From an uncultured delta proteobacterium (GTDB lineage Bacteria; Desulfobacterota; Desulfomonilia; Desulfomonilales; Desulfomonilaceae), in contig CAWBKB010000001.1 of NCBI GenBank assembly GCA_963789265.1, positions 160,001 through 224,000 on the forward strand: 64,000 bases of DNA, in the 5' to 3' direction. The first letter of the stretch is position 1; each line of letters begins with the position of its first letter. Position numbers and translations under genes: made by a program. Below the pieces are notes generated by a model. That model was not told where the DNA came from, did no database searches, and saw nothing but the letters and a program-made list of their open reading frames with translations. Below, one piece after another: positions 10,659 to 20,884 of the stretch.

Positions 10659-13286
10659 TCAGTTCATTTCGCCCACCAGAATGAACGGTGCCCAATAAAA
10701 CGGATGGTCGTACCCGGCCTTCCGTATCTCGTCTCGGGCAAGTCTCAAAGCCTCCAGTTTGTTCTTCCCTTCCTTGAGATGCTTGAAGAAGCTTTCCACA
10801 AGATTGACCGAAGCTGTTTCGGAAACGCTCCAAAGGCTCATCAATACACTTTTCGCGCCTGCGTACTGAAACGCTCGGCCCATTCCCATCGTGCCTTCGC
10901 CGGAGATGCGTCTTCCCAGACCGGTTTGGCACGCGGTAAGCGCGGCTATATCGCAGTTGATCTTCAAACCCATGACTTCACTCAATCTCAGGAAACCATC
11001 CTGACCTTTCGGTTCACCGACAAGGCTAAGAACCAGCACCGGCTCTTGTATTCCGGGCAGATCTTTCCCGGTATACCCATGTGTGCCGAACACTAGAGAG
11101 CGGTACGGAGTGAGGTCTTTCCCGAGGAGGACGGACTTCTTGGAGGTCATGCCTTCATACAGGTCGGTCTTAGAAGAGTCGGTTTTCTTCAGGGACTCGC
11201 CAAGTTCAGCCGTAAGCGGAAGCCTGGGAAAAGTTAGGCCGCTCTCAGTTTCGATAGACATGGTGAGGTCTTTCGGGAGCGTAGCCAAAAGCCTGTCCTC
11301 CTCCTGTTTGGCAAGTTTCACCAGGCGTGGATCGTCGGAAGAGAAAACAGGGTCCACCATTGCAAGCAGTTTTTCGCCGAGTTTATGTTGTTTTCCAAGG
11401 GTACGTGCGAGAGTCAGGGCCGTGATCGACTGGTAATAAGAAATGGGATTGCGATCTCCGAAGAATTCGTCACCGGAGGTTTGAGGTCTATTGCCGTTCG
11501 TTACCATCTTTCCCCCCTCATTGAGGACGAGCATCTCGAACGGTACCACGCCGAGGGAACCGTCGGGGACGATGATTACAGGAGTATTCTTGGGCAGGTC
11601 AGAGAGTATGTCGCTGAGGAGAAGGTCAGAGAGTTCCTTTCCGGATTTAAAATCAAAGGACTCGAGCTTCTTTGGGAGAGAATCGTCAGGCCCAAGTTCC
11701 ATGGGCTGACGGAATTGCATGACCAGTTCATCCACTTCTTTTCTTGGAGTCGGCTTAAACAGCCCCTTTACGAGATTCTTGCCTTTCGTGAGGTAAATTA
11801 TGATGCCTGGATCGGTAACATGATAAGCCAGCACCCATTCGTTATCTTTCAGGGCGGATTGATCCAAACCCATCGGTTGAGGATATTGGGTCGCGGCAAA
11901 GAGCGGATACTGTTTGCGGAGCATGTCAATGTGCGCGGCAAGGTTTTCTTTTGCCGTTTTCACCTGGGGCTCAAGCGCGGCTATGACCTCTTTGTTCTGC
12001 TTCTCGTATGCTTTCTGGAGATTCTTGCTTAGTCCTGCGAGCTGCTCATTGAGATGAGAATCTTTTTCCAGCACGTCCTGTGGAATGTGCGGAGCTGACC
12101 CTTCTGCCCGCTTTGAGATGCGTTCGGCAAACATACGGGCTCTCGTGTATTCGGATTCCTTTAAGGCTTCCAGAGGCTTGTTGAGTTTCACCAGTACTCG
12201 GGCAAGTCCCTCGTACGGAGCAGTCCTGTAAAAGCCGCCGACCCTGACATTGTAGAACTCCGCTTTCTCGGCAGGGTTCAGGCCGGCTCTTAAATCTTCG
12301 GTACGATCAATGGCTTTGCGAAAACAGTCCGCGGCCGCGGGGTTATCTCCCATCTTCTCGTATGTCATTCCCAGGCCGGTATAGGAAATGAAGAGATCAA
12401 TTGAATTCTGGTTCTTCTCAGCACTTTGACGAAGTTTTTCGTAACACGCTCTTGCCTTCCCATACTCTGATTTGAGCAGGCTGAGCCTTCCCAGGGAAGC
12501 ACTGTAATTGCCTTCCCTTACGAAGGGCTCAGCTTTCTGAACGTCTCCCATGTCTAGGTAGAGATTACCGATACAATCCTTGGGCCAATTCGCCGGAACT
12601 CCGATCTTGAGGTAGATTGCCAGCGCCTTTTGAAAATTTGTCAGTGCTTTGTCGGACAGGCCCGAGTGCTGACATACCAGCGCCAGGTTGCCCAGGATTT
12701 GCCCTTCGGTCTTCACATCCCCGATCTTCCTCGTGATCTCTAGCGACTTATTGTAGAATTCCACTGCCTTGGCATACTGACCCCAGTTCAAATATATGAT
12801 CCCCAGGTTGCTCAGGGTGGCCCCTTCACCTTTGACGTCTCCGATCTTTCTCTTAATAGCAAGAGACTTTTCGAAGAATTCCACTGCCTTGGCATACTGA
12901 CCCCAATCGTAATATACGGTCCCCAGGTTGCCCAGGGTTTGCCCTTCGCCTTGTACGTCCCCGATCTTTCTCGTGATAGCCAGAGCCTTCTCGTCGAATT
13001 CCACTGCCTTGGAATACTGACCCCATTGCTGGTAGATGATCCCCACATTGCCGTAGGCCAATCCGAGATTCTTTCGCTCCCCGACCCTTTGATAAATTGC
13101 AATGGCCTGGAGGAATTTCTGTTCTGCCTGTTTCAGGTCTGCGTTGGATCGGCCTTTCTGTTGCAAGGCATACGCTTCCTTGTGGAGGCGTATCGCGTCC
13201 TGCCTGGATTGAGCCAACAATGGCGATGAAACAAGAATACAAAGTGCGGCTATTATTGCCGGGACAATCACGATTCGTTTGAACAT
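10659..13286 (-). CDS. Exported TPR-CHAT protease 2 (intact, about 4 long TPR repeats)
   Basis: Signal peptide MFKRIVIVPAII, FGTHG and LTACQTG dyad, HPFYWAPFILVG. Confidence 0.93.
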   Translation of the reverse strand: MFKRIVIVPAIIAALCILVSSPLLAQSRQDAIRLHKEAYALQQKGRSNADLKQAEQKFLQAIAIYQRVGERKNLGLAYGNVGIIYQQWGQYSKAVEFDEKALAITRKIGDVQGEGQTLGNLGTVYYDWGQYAKAVEFFEKSLAIKRKIGDVKGEGATLSNLGIIYLNWGQYAKAVEFYNKSLEITRKIGDVKTEGQILGNLALVCQHSGLSDKALTNFQKALAIYLKIGVPANWPKDCIGNLYLDMGDVQKAEPFVREGNYSASLGRLSLLKSEYGKARACYEKLRQSAEKNQNSIDLFISYTGLGMTYEKMGDNPAAADCFRKAIDRTEDLRAGLNPAEKAEFYNVRVGGFYRTAPYEGLARVLVKLNKPLEALKESEYTRARMFAERISKRAEGSAPHIPQDVLEKDSHLNEQLAGLSKNLQKAYEKQNKEVIAALEPQVKTAKENLAAHIDMLRKQYPLFAATQYPQPMGLDQSALKDNEWVLAYHVTDPGIIIYLTKGKNLVKGLFKPTPRKEVDELVMQFRQPMELGPDDSLPKKLESFDFKSGKELSDLLLSDILSDLPKNTPVIIVPDGSLGVVPFEMLVLNEGGKMVTNGNRPQTSGDEFFGDRNPISYYQSITALTLARTLGKQHKLGEKLLAMVDPVFSSDDPRLVKLAKQEEDRLLATLPKDLTMSIETESGLTFPRLPLTAELGESLKKTDSSKTDLYEGMTSKKSVLLGKDLTPYRSLVFGTHGYTGKDLPGIQEPVLVLSLVGEPKGQDGFLRLSEVMGLKINCDIAALTACQTGLGRRISGEGTMGMGRAFQYAGAKSVLMSLWSVSETASVNLVESFFKHLKEGKNKLEALRLARDEIRKAGYDHPFYWAPFILVGEMN

Positions 13287-14076
13287 GGCAGCCTCATGAA
13301 ACATCCTTGAGTGGTTTCCCTCATGAACCAGCGTGAACCTTACCTTCGGATCATATGAGTCGGTGTCCAAAATTACTTAGTCGCATTTGCGAACGAAACG
13401 TGACACCGGATAATGGCGGATAGAATCCCCTATAGACAAACAGCGACTATTCGAGCCACCCTCATCAACTGAGCCAGCGCCATGTCCGATCATGAAGACC
13501 CCCTCCAACATCGGAATCGGATTGATTGCAGTCCTTAAAATGCGGAATGTTCCAAGTATGCGCTTAGTCAGACTTAATTGTAAAGAATTATTGCTGGATA
13601 CTGGCGGACCGTCGCGTAAGATGGCGAAGTACATGTATTTGTCTCCCTCGGCATATCTGTGTCACCTGCCTTGTCCGTTTGCGACTAACGAAAACAATGG
13701 CGAGACTTCGACGAACGGGGAGTCGGCAAATGAACAAGCTGGTTGCCGTGATGAGATTTGCGGCAAGGATTTTAGCCGCGATCCTGATCTCGCCCGCTGA
13801 CAGGGCGTTCGTGGATCGGGCCGGCTTTGGGCGCGCCTACAGGATACGTACAACACACGGTAGCCTGTACTTCTCTTGGAGAGAGGTTCTTTGACAAGTA
13901 TCCGTTTGGCTGGCCTCAGGGTTTGTCAAGCGCATAATTCCGTTCGAGGATTACGTCCCTGGAGCCGTTCACTAGTTCGGTAGCATTTCGGTTGAGCAAT
14001 GGGCAATGATCGACTTTGCCAGACGCTTCGACCCGAAGCCTTTTCGCACGGACCCTTTTTGCCGGACCGTTTACAA

Positions 14077-14781
14077 TCATTCAACCGGGAAATCAAAATA
14101 CGTATTGGGGTATGGTTCTTTTTTCAAGGTAAAATGCCACCATTCCTTTTCGTATCCTTGAAATCCATACCTATTCATCGAAACCTGTAGCAGGAGTCTG
14201 TGGGCTCGTTGACCTGGACCTATAGAAGTATAATTCGACCAAGATTTCGGGCTGAAGAAGTCAAATTTGGATCCCATATCAATCTCACCATTCCCGCCCG
14301 ATCCTCGGAGGGATACAATCGTCAGATCAACCGTACTGCCTCTGGAATGACTCGATCTTTTAGAGATGTAGCCCTTGTTGAACAGATCTTTTTTCTCCAC
14401 TTTCGGGTAGTAAACATCCTTCATTCTCGTGTCATTGAGATTGCTTCCCCAACGTACAAAATCATCAACAGCCCTCTGCGGACGGTAAGCGTCATAGATC
14501 TTTAGACCCAACCCTGAGCGGTTCAGTTCCTCTTGGACTTTCCACAATGCGAGCGCAGCCTCTTTCGTCAGAATACATCTTGGTTTCACGTAGCCGTCGA
14601 TAGGCCGACCAACGAAGTTATTATCGGTAGAGTAACGTATTTCAATTCTTATATTGGGGATAACGTCCTCAACGTACACGAAGCCATGAGGAAGACCGAA
14701 GCATGATGTAGTAGCACAAACGAAAACGATCCATATAGAAGTTCCAAATACGGCTGGAAAAACTCTCTTTGTGTATCGCAA
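14077..14781 (-). CDS. ddpX: D-alanyl-D-alanine dipeptidase (peptidase M15D, VanX/DdpX family), with signal peptide
   Basis: YDAYRP, SSHSRGSTVD and EWWHF motifs. Confidence 0.9.
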   Translation of the reverse strand: MRYTKRVFPAVFGTSIWIVFVCATTSCFGLPHGFVYVEDVIPNIRIEIRYSTDNNFVGRPIDGYVKPRCILTKEAALALWKVQEELNRSGLGLKIYDAYRPQRAVDDFVRWGSNLNDTRMKDVYYPKVEKKDLFNKGYISKRSSHSRGSTVDLTIVSLRGSGGNGEIDMGSKFDFFSPKSWSNYTSIGPGQRAHRLLLQVSMNRYGFQGYEKEWWHFTLKKEPYPNTYFDFPVE

Positions 14782-14885
14782 TAGCGCCTCTCTTACTCAC
14801 TCAAAATGGGTCCAACTTTAGAGATTGTCTTCAGGACTCATAGATGCATGGAAACAGTACGATAGCCTTTTCGGGTACTGGCAGA

Positions 14886-16448
14886 TCATTTGTTGTGTTC
14901 TTTGACAAGCATACGCTTGGCGTCAGCATCTCCGTGGTCAGCAGCTCTGTGGAACCACTCGAAAGCCTTTGCCCGGTCCCTTGCAACACCTTGACCATAA
15001 TAATACAAGTAGCCGAGGTTGCATTCTGCTCCAGCACAACCCTGTTCAGCCGCCTTAAGATACAAACGATTTGCCGCGCTATAGTCTTTCGAGACCCCTT
15101 TTCCTAAATGATATCTCCTGGCTAAGGCAAATTGAGCATCAGGATCTCCCCGGTCGGCAGCAGTCTTGATCCAAATCATGGCCTTGCTATCATCATATAG
15201 CCTATCCATTTCCTTTCTTGCCCCTTCATTACTTTGTTCGATTAATCTGACCAGCCTCGTCACGGTTGACGAATAGTTCAGCGGTTGTTGCAGTTTACTT
15301 TCCGCTTTCGGCGGTTTTATCAGTATGGTTGTGGAGGGAGGAGTCTCTCGTTCCCTCTCGCGTTGCCTCTGCCTCTCCAACTCTTGCTGAAATTCCCGCT
15401 TTTCTCTCTCAAATCTTTGTTTCTCAAGTGCCGCCACCTTCTCGGCTTCCCGCAGTCTGGCGATCTCCTGCTCATGCGCTCGGTTAGCCTTCTCAAGTCG
15501 GTCCTTTTCCAGTGTTGCCAACCTCTCAGCTTCTCGAAGTTTTGCAAACTCTCGGTCGTCTTCCTTCTTCCTCGCGGCAGATTGCTTCCCGGTTGACGAT
15601 GGCAATGTTGATGGGTGGAAACAAAAGTCATCAGGCAAGCAACTGGAGACCCAGGGGTTTTGTTTTCCCTCTGTTTCTTGCCTGACCGCCCGCAGCACCT
15701 GCCTAAAGACATCGTCAATCTTTATGCCCTCCATTCTGAGGGCTTCTATGAGATGCTTCGTCTAGGGGCTATTCCGTCCTGTTCCGTCTGCGGCCACCGC
15801 ACCGGGTGCCGTCGCATAAGCAATAAACGTTCCTACAGGGGCATCTATGGGGCTTAGACCTTTGCTGGCTGATCGAAAACCCCTGAATGGGTTATTCCTA
15901 CAGGCATCCAAAATAACAATGTTGATCTTATTTCTGGATTCCTCTAATTTTTGAAGAATACGCCCCACAGGGACAGCGTCATAGTGAACATCGCTCTCGG
16001 ATTCAATTGAAACTCCAACAGGAAGCAAATAATTTTCTCCCTTAACTTGCGCCCCATGCCCCGAAAAGTAAAACAACGCAACGTCACCATTCTGAATCTT
16101 TTGAATAAACTCCCCCACAGCCTCGTCCATTTGACGGCGGTTGACATCTATTTTGGTCTGTACGGCGAATCCCAATCCCTTCAAAACATTTGAAATATCC
16201 TGGGCATCATTGACGGGATTTCGTAGAGGAGCATCCTTGTAGGCTTTGTTTCCGATGACGAGCGCGACCTTCTTGGCAGCAGAACCAGCAGCAATCGTCG
16301 GAGAAGCTCGACGCACAGCCTTGGAAGTTTCCTCATCGGCTGCAAATGAGAGTGAGCCGAGCAAACAGATGAGAATCAATGCTATAAATGCGAATTTCCA
16401 GTGGGTCCATTGAGAGGCTGAATCGTTCTGAATGGATTGAGGTTTCAT
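14886..16448 (-). pseudogene. Exported caspase-family protein with coiled coil and SEL1 repeats, interrupted by in-frame TAG at 15762-15764
   Basis: YFSGHG and LDACRNNP dyad; reads GRNSP*TKHLIEAL where the paralog at 28421 has GRNSPYAEHL. Confidence 0.85.
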
Positions 16449-16620
16449 CGTTTCCCCCTCTTCAACCACGGCGTCGTTATGTAAGAAGCGTGAGAGCCAA
16501 CGTCCGCTCAATGTTTCAGTATATTGAACGCCAATATCCTGGTCAATAACTATTTTGGATTCGCTTTCAGGCACCCACCCATTTGCTTGAAAGTTCGGTT
16601 GATTTTCCAGATGCGAGGTA

Positions 16621-19458
16621 TCAGTTCACCTCACCCACCAGAATGAACGGAGCCCAATAAAACGGGTGCTTGTATCCAGCATTGCGGACATCTTCCCTCG
16701 CGGATTTCAGTGCATCCAGTTTATTTTTTCCTTCCTTCAAATGCGCAAAGAATTTTTCAACCAATAAAACAGATCCGCTCTCGGAGACTGACCATAGACT
16801 CATCAGGATTGATTTTGCACCCGCGTATTGGAACGCCCTACCCATGCTCATGACGCCCTCTCCGGAGAGATTATTTCCCAGACCGGTTTCACACGCTGTC
16901 AAAGCTACAATATTGGCGTTGAGCTTCATGCCCATAACCTCGGTCATTCTCACAAACCCATCCTGGTCTTTGGGCTGACCCACCAATGTCATGGCCAACA
17001 CAGGCTCTTGAATTCCAGGAATATCAGTGCCGAAGTACCCGTGAGTGGCGAAAACAATTGAACCATAATCCGTCAGCGGCTTGTCGAACAGTATGGACTT
17101 CTTTGCCTGCATGCCGGTGAAAAGATCTGTTTTGTTCGGATTCAGTCTTTCGAGTGATTCCGCCAACTCAGTGGTCTTTGCGAGTCTGGGGAAGGTGATA
17201 CCTGTTTGATCTTTGATGGACATGAGCTTTTCAGGCAATGCAGCCAATAATTTCTGTTGTTTCTTCGCAGAAGCGATCTTCAAACGAGCATCATCAGGCT
17301 CAAATACCGGATCGGCAATAACCAGGGTTTTGGAGCCGGGCTTCTCATTTGACCGGAGCGTCCTCGCCAAAGTCATGGCGGTGATGGACTGGTAATAGCT
17401 GATGGGATATACATCACCAAGATACGTGAGACCTTCAGGATAGGGTCTTCCACCTTCTTCTTTCCAGGTCGGCTTACCGGAGAGTACAAGGGCTTCAAAT
17501 GGGAGAATGGCTAATATACCGTCTGGAATGATAACAAGAGGAGTGCCTTCGGGAACCTGCATCAGCACGGCCCCGAGAAGCTTTTTGTACAGATTCCGGC
17601 CCAACTCGGGATCGAATTCCTTGAGCTTCATTTCCTCGAACGAGTGCCGAAACTTTTTTACATCTTTCTCCAAGCCCCCGGATTTCCACTCAGTGTAGAA
17701 GGTCTGGGCAATCTTCTTCCCCTTGATGACTTTGACTCCTACTCCCTCGCTGGAAACATCAAAGATGACAACGTATTCTTCGGGTTTGAGGGCTGATTCC
17801 TTCAGGGTTACCGGTCTTGGGTATTTTACTGAGGCGTACGGCTTGTACTTTTCCCAGAGCATTTGTATAAAAGTGTTCAGTTCGGCTTCAGCATCCCGAA
17901 CCTGTTTGCCGATATTTCCGTACGTGGCGGGAGATTTTTCCTTGTCGGTCTTGGCCAACTGTTTCTTGAGCGCTGCAACCTTACTGACAAGCTCGTTTTC
18001 TTTTTGGAGCACCTGATTGGGTACGCCAGACGCGCCTGCTTTCGTTGTCAAAGCAATGTTGTCCGAGAATGCCCTTGCCCTGGTTGCCTCGCTGGAATCT
18101 ATGCTTCCCGCGGCCTGATTGAGTTTCATTCTTACGCGGGTCAATCCCTTGGCCGGCTCCGATCGTTGGAACCCGTTGATTTTCACCTCAAAGAAATTCT
18201 TTCTCTCTGCCGGTAAGAGGCTGGACCTGATCTCTTCGGTGAGTTTCATTCCTTTCTCGTAATATCCTTCCGCCTTCTTGTAATCCTCCAACCCTTCATA
18301 GACTCTGCCCAGTCCGGTATATGCTGTGAAGAGTTCATCAGCATCCTTGTTCTTTTCAGCCCAGGCCAAACAGCTTTCGTAGTCTTTCTTGGCTGCTGCA
18401 TAGTCAGATTTCAGAAGGTAGAGTCTGCCGAGGGATCGGGAGTAATTTGCGGCCCTTACGTAGGGTGCCGCCTTGTCCAGCTTCCCCATGTCCAGATATA
18501 GATTGCCTATATACTCCTTGGACAATCTGGTTGGAATTCCGATTTTAGCATGAATTGCGATTGCCTTTTGGAAACTTGCAAGCGCTTCATCGTATTTACT
18601 CATGTGGACGTAGTTTGTTCCGATATTGTTTAGGTAGCGCCCTTCCTCCCTCACGGCACCAACTCTTCTCGCGATATCCACCCCCTTCTCAAAGTATTCC
18701 AGTGCTTTTTGATACTGTCCAGTCTTCTCATAAACAAGGCCGATGCCGGCCAGCGACCACTCCTCTCCTTGCACGTTTCCTACCCTTTTTGCGATAGCTA
18801 CGGCTTTTTCATAGTGCTCCAAGGCCTTTTGATATTGCGCCAGATAGCCATAAACATTGCCCATGTTGCCCAGCGCAACTGCCGCTTCTTTGGGGTCACC
18901 GATTTTCTGCTCGATTCCCAAAGCCTTCTCATAGTATTCCAGTGCTTTTTGATACTGACCCGTGTTCTCATAAGCAAAGCCTATGCCGCCCAGGGACGCC
19001 CCCTCTCCTTGCACGTATCCCACCTTCTTTGCGATTGCTAACGCTTTTTCATCGTACTCCAAAGCCTTCTTATATTGCCCCAGATAGCTGTAAACATTCC
19101 CCATGCGGGACAGAGTGACACTCTGGCCTGCAGCGTTGCCGGTCTTCCCATGGACTTCGAGAGCCTTTTCGTAGGCTTCCAGCGCCTTTTGGTACCGACT
19201 TGTGTACTCATAAATAACGCCAATGTCGTTCAGGGTGGCTCCCTCCCATCCAGATCTAACTCTTTTGAAGATTTCCAACGCCTGCTGGTATTTCGCAAGG
19301 GCCTTTTCCAGGTCCTCTTTGGAACGCGCATTGGCTCTTAATTGCTCAGCTTCCTTGTAGAAGGCGATTCCTTGATTCTCCGATTGAGCCGACCCGAGCG
19401 AGGGAAGGAGAGCAAACATCACCCACAAGACAGCTATGAAAGCGCAAATTCTAATCAT
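16621..19458 (-). CDS. Exported TPR-CHAT protease 3 (intact, about 6 long TPR repeats)
   Basis: Signal peptide, FATHG and LTACETG, HPFYWAPFILVG, GGAGG RBS. Confidence 0.93.
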   Translation of the reverse strand: MIRICAFIAVLWVMFALLPSLGSAQSENQGIAFYKEAEQLRANARSKEDLEKALAKYQQALEIFKRVRSGWEGATLNDIGVIYEYTSRYQKALEAYEKALEVHGKTGNAAGQSVTLSRMGNVYSYLGQYKKALEYDEKALAIAKKVGYVQGEGASLGGIGFAYENTGQYQKALEYYEKALGIEQKIGDPKEAAVALGNMGNVYGYLAQYQKALEHYEKAVAIAKRVGNVQGEEWSLAGIGLVYEKTGQYQKALEYFEKGVDIARRVGAVREEGRYLNNIGTNYVHMSKYDEALASFQKAIAIHAKIGIPTRLSKEYIGNLYLDMGKLDKAAPYVRAANYSRSLGRLYLLKSDYAAAKKDYESCLAWAEKNKDADELFTAYTGLGRVYEGLEDYKKAEGYYEKGMKLTEEIRSSLLPAERKNFFEVKINGFQRSEPAKGLTRVRMKLNQAAGSIDSSEATRARAFSDNIALTTKAGASGVPNQVLQKENELVSKVAALKKQLAKTDKEKSPATYGNIGKQVRDAEAELNTFIQMLWEKYKPYASVKYPRPVTLKESALKPEEYVVIFDVSSEGVGVKVIKGKKIAQTFYTEWKSGGLEKDVKKFRHSFEEMKLKEFDPELGRNLYKKLLGAVLMQVPEGTPLVIIPDGILAILPFEALVLSGKPTWKEEGGRPYPEGLTYLGDVYPISYYQSITAMTLARTLRSNEKPGSKTLVIADPVFEPDDARLKIASAKKQQKLLAALPEKLMSIKDQTGITFPRLAKTTELAESLERLNPNKTDLFTGMQAKKSILFDKPLTDYGSIVFATHGYFGTDIPGIQEPVLAMTLVGQPKDQDGFVRMTEVMGMKLNANIVALTACETGLGNNLSGEGVMSMGRAFQYAGAKSILMSLWSVSESGSVLLVEKFFAHLKEGKNKLDALKSAREDVRNAGYKHPFYWAPFILVGEVN

Positions 19459-19570
19459 AGAAGCCCCTCCCGTGCAGAACCAAGTGGTGGAAATAGCCAA
19501 GGTCCTGCGATTACAATTCAAAGCCTGAACGGCTAGGCCAACGATGCAACAGTGGGAAATCTAATCCAAA

Positions 19571-19599
19571 AAATGACACGAGCTCGTGGTCATTGTCAA
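19571..19599 (-). promoter_or_regulatory. Conserved sigma70-like promoter upstream of CHAT3 (TTGACA-N17-TCATTT)
   Basis: Same spacing and motif upstream of CHAT4 and CHAT5. Confidence 0.55.
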
Positions 19600-19612
19600 C
19601 AAATGGAGCCCG

Positions 19613-19753
19613 TTTTTTCACCACAGAAACACTCAGGCCCTACGCTGGCGGCGAATACTTCCTTCGAGTGACCTCCGCGATCTCTAGCGGGCCGCGACGC
19701 CCATCAAGGAATCGTGGCCGTGCGCCGAGCACCTTTGTGTCTCTGTGGTGAAA
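19613..19753. repeat. About 140-bp palindromic-ended repeat, copy 2
   Basis: Similar to 4093-4245. Confidence 0.75.
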
Positions 19754-19825
19754 TTCATCTTTTCCTGCTTTTGCATTTCACACCTGTTCTTCCTTAACCC
19801 GTGAAGTCCGCGTATAATGCACTGC

Positions 19826-20123
19826 ATGGAAGTGCGTGGCAGAAAGAAGATCCTCGAATTCATCGCCTCGGGTGACGCTAAGGCGAGGAAGCTCTTTGCC
19901 GCGTGGGCTTCACGACGCGGAGGCGGCAGAGTGGAAAAGCCCTATGGACATAAAACGCAGGCACGCTACAGCGGATTTCCTGTCCGGAAACCGCGTAGTG
20001 TTCAACATCGGGGGCAATGATTACCGCCTTGTGGCAGCAGTTGATTACCAGCGCCAGGTTGTATTGATCCGATGGGTCGGCAGCCATGGAGAATATGACA
20101 GGATAGACGCGAGCACCATCTGA
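19826..20123 (+). CDS. higB: HigB-family mRNA interferase toxin (one frameshift near 19905)
   Basis: AEWKSPMDIK...RVVFNIGGNDYRLV...WVGSHGEYDRID; TATAAT 7 nt upstream of the ATG. Confidence 0.82.
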
Positions 20124-20162
20124 AATCGCCCGGTCTGAGAGATCTTTCCAGGAGTCAAAATC

Positions 20163-20504
20163 ATGGAATGCAAACCGATCAGAACAGAAGGAGACTATGA
20201 GGCTGCAATGGCCCGCATTGAGGAACTGTGGGGCATTCCAGCAGAATCGCCGGAAGCGGACGAACTGGAGGTCCTCTTGGCACTCACAGGAGTGTATGAG
20301 AAGAAGCACCATCATATTCCGTCTCCTGACCCTAAGTCATTGTTGGAATATCGTATGGACCAAATGGGACTCACCGCGGAACAGAGTCGGCAATATCTCG
20401 AGTGTCGCAGAAGATTGCCTGAAATCATGAGCCGTGAAACGCACCTGAGCCTGGAAATCATCCAGGGAATCGAGGAGTTGCCCAACGAACACAAGCTTTT
20501 CTGA
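20163..20504 (+). CDS. higA: HigA-family HTH antitoxin (HTH region looks divergent)
   Basis: KPIRTEGDYEAAMARIEELW...ELEVL...YEKKHH...PDP...YRMDQMGL. Confidence 0.8.
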   Translation: MECKPIRTEGDYEAAMARIEELWGIPAESPEADELEVLLALTGVYEKKHHHIPSPDPKSLLEYRMDQMGLTAEQSRQYLECRRRLPEIMSRETHLSLEIIQGIEELPNEHKLF

Positions 20505-20546
20505 ACGATACGCACTCACATCACGTTACCAAGAAGCTGATTTGTC

Positions 20547-20750
20547 ATGAAGATACAAGTAGTCATCCATGAAGCCGAGGAAGGTGGATATTAGGCCGAG
20601 GTCCCCGCGATCCCGGGTTGCGCCACCCAGGGAGGGACCTTCCAGGAACTGCTTCAAAATCTGTACGAAGCGGTGGAAGGGTGCCTCTCCGTGTCTGTTC
20701 AACCAGCCCAAACAACCGAAGCGGACCGGGTGATGGAAATCGCGGTATGA
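20547..20750 (+). pseudogene. hicB: HicB-family antitoxin with in-frame TAG replacing the conserved Trp; only the first codons of a putative hicA follow
   Basis: MKIQVVIHEAEEGGY*AEVPAIPGCATQGGTFQELLQNLYEAVEGCL; ATGA overlap into MKS. Confidence 0.8.
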
Positions 20751-20884
20751 AATCTGGATGGAGCTACCCCCTGGATGATTTTGCCCTTGCATGCCTCACT
20801 CCTTCGCGCCGCACAGCAATTTCTCGTCTCTTGCCAGAGACAGCTTGGTTCAGACAGGATTACCGAACTCGCTGCCGGAAATCG

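Noticed and set aside
678..13286. Craspase / type III-E CRISPR locus
   Set aside because: No Cas7-11, csx30/31 or array, and the CHAT proteins have signal peptides.
13377..13900. Short ORFs upstream of CHAT2
   Set aside because: No recognisable motifs or convincing RBS; cannot be supported.
14077..14781. Vancomycin resistance cluster
   Set aside because: Only a VanX/DdpX homolog; no vanH, vanA or vanRS nearby.
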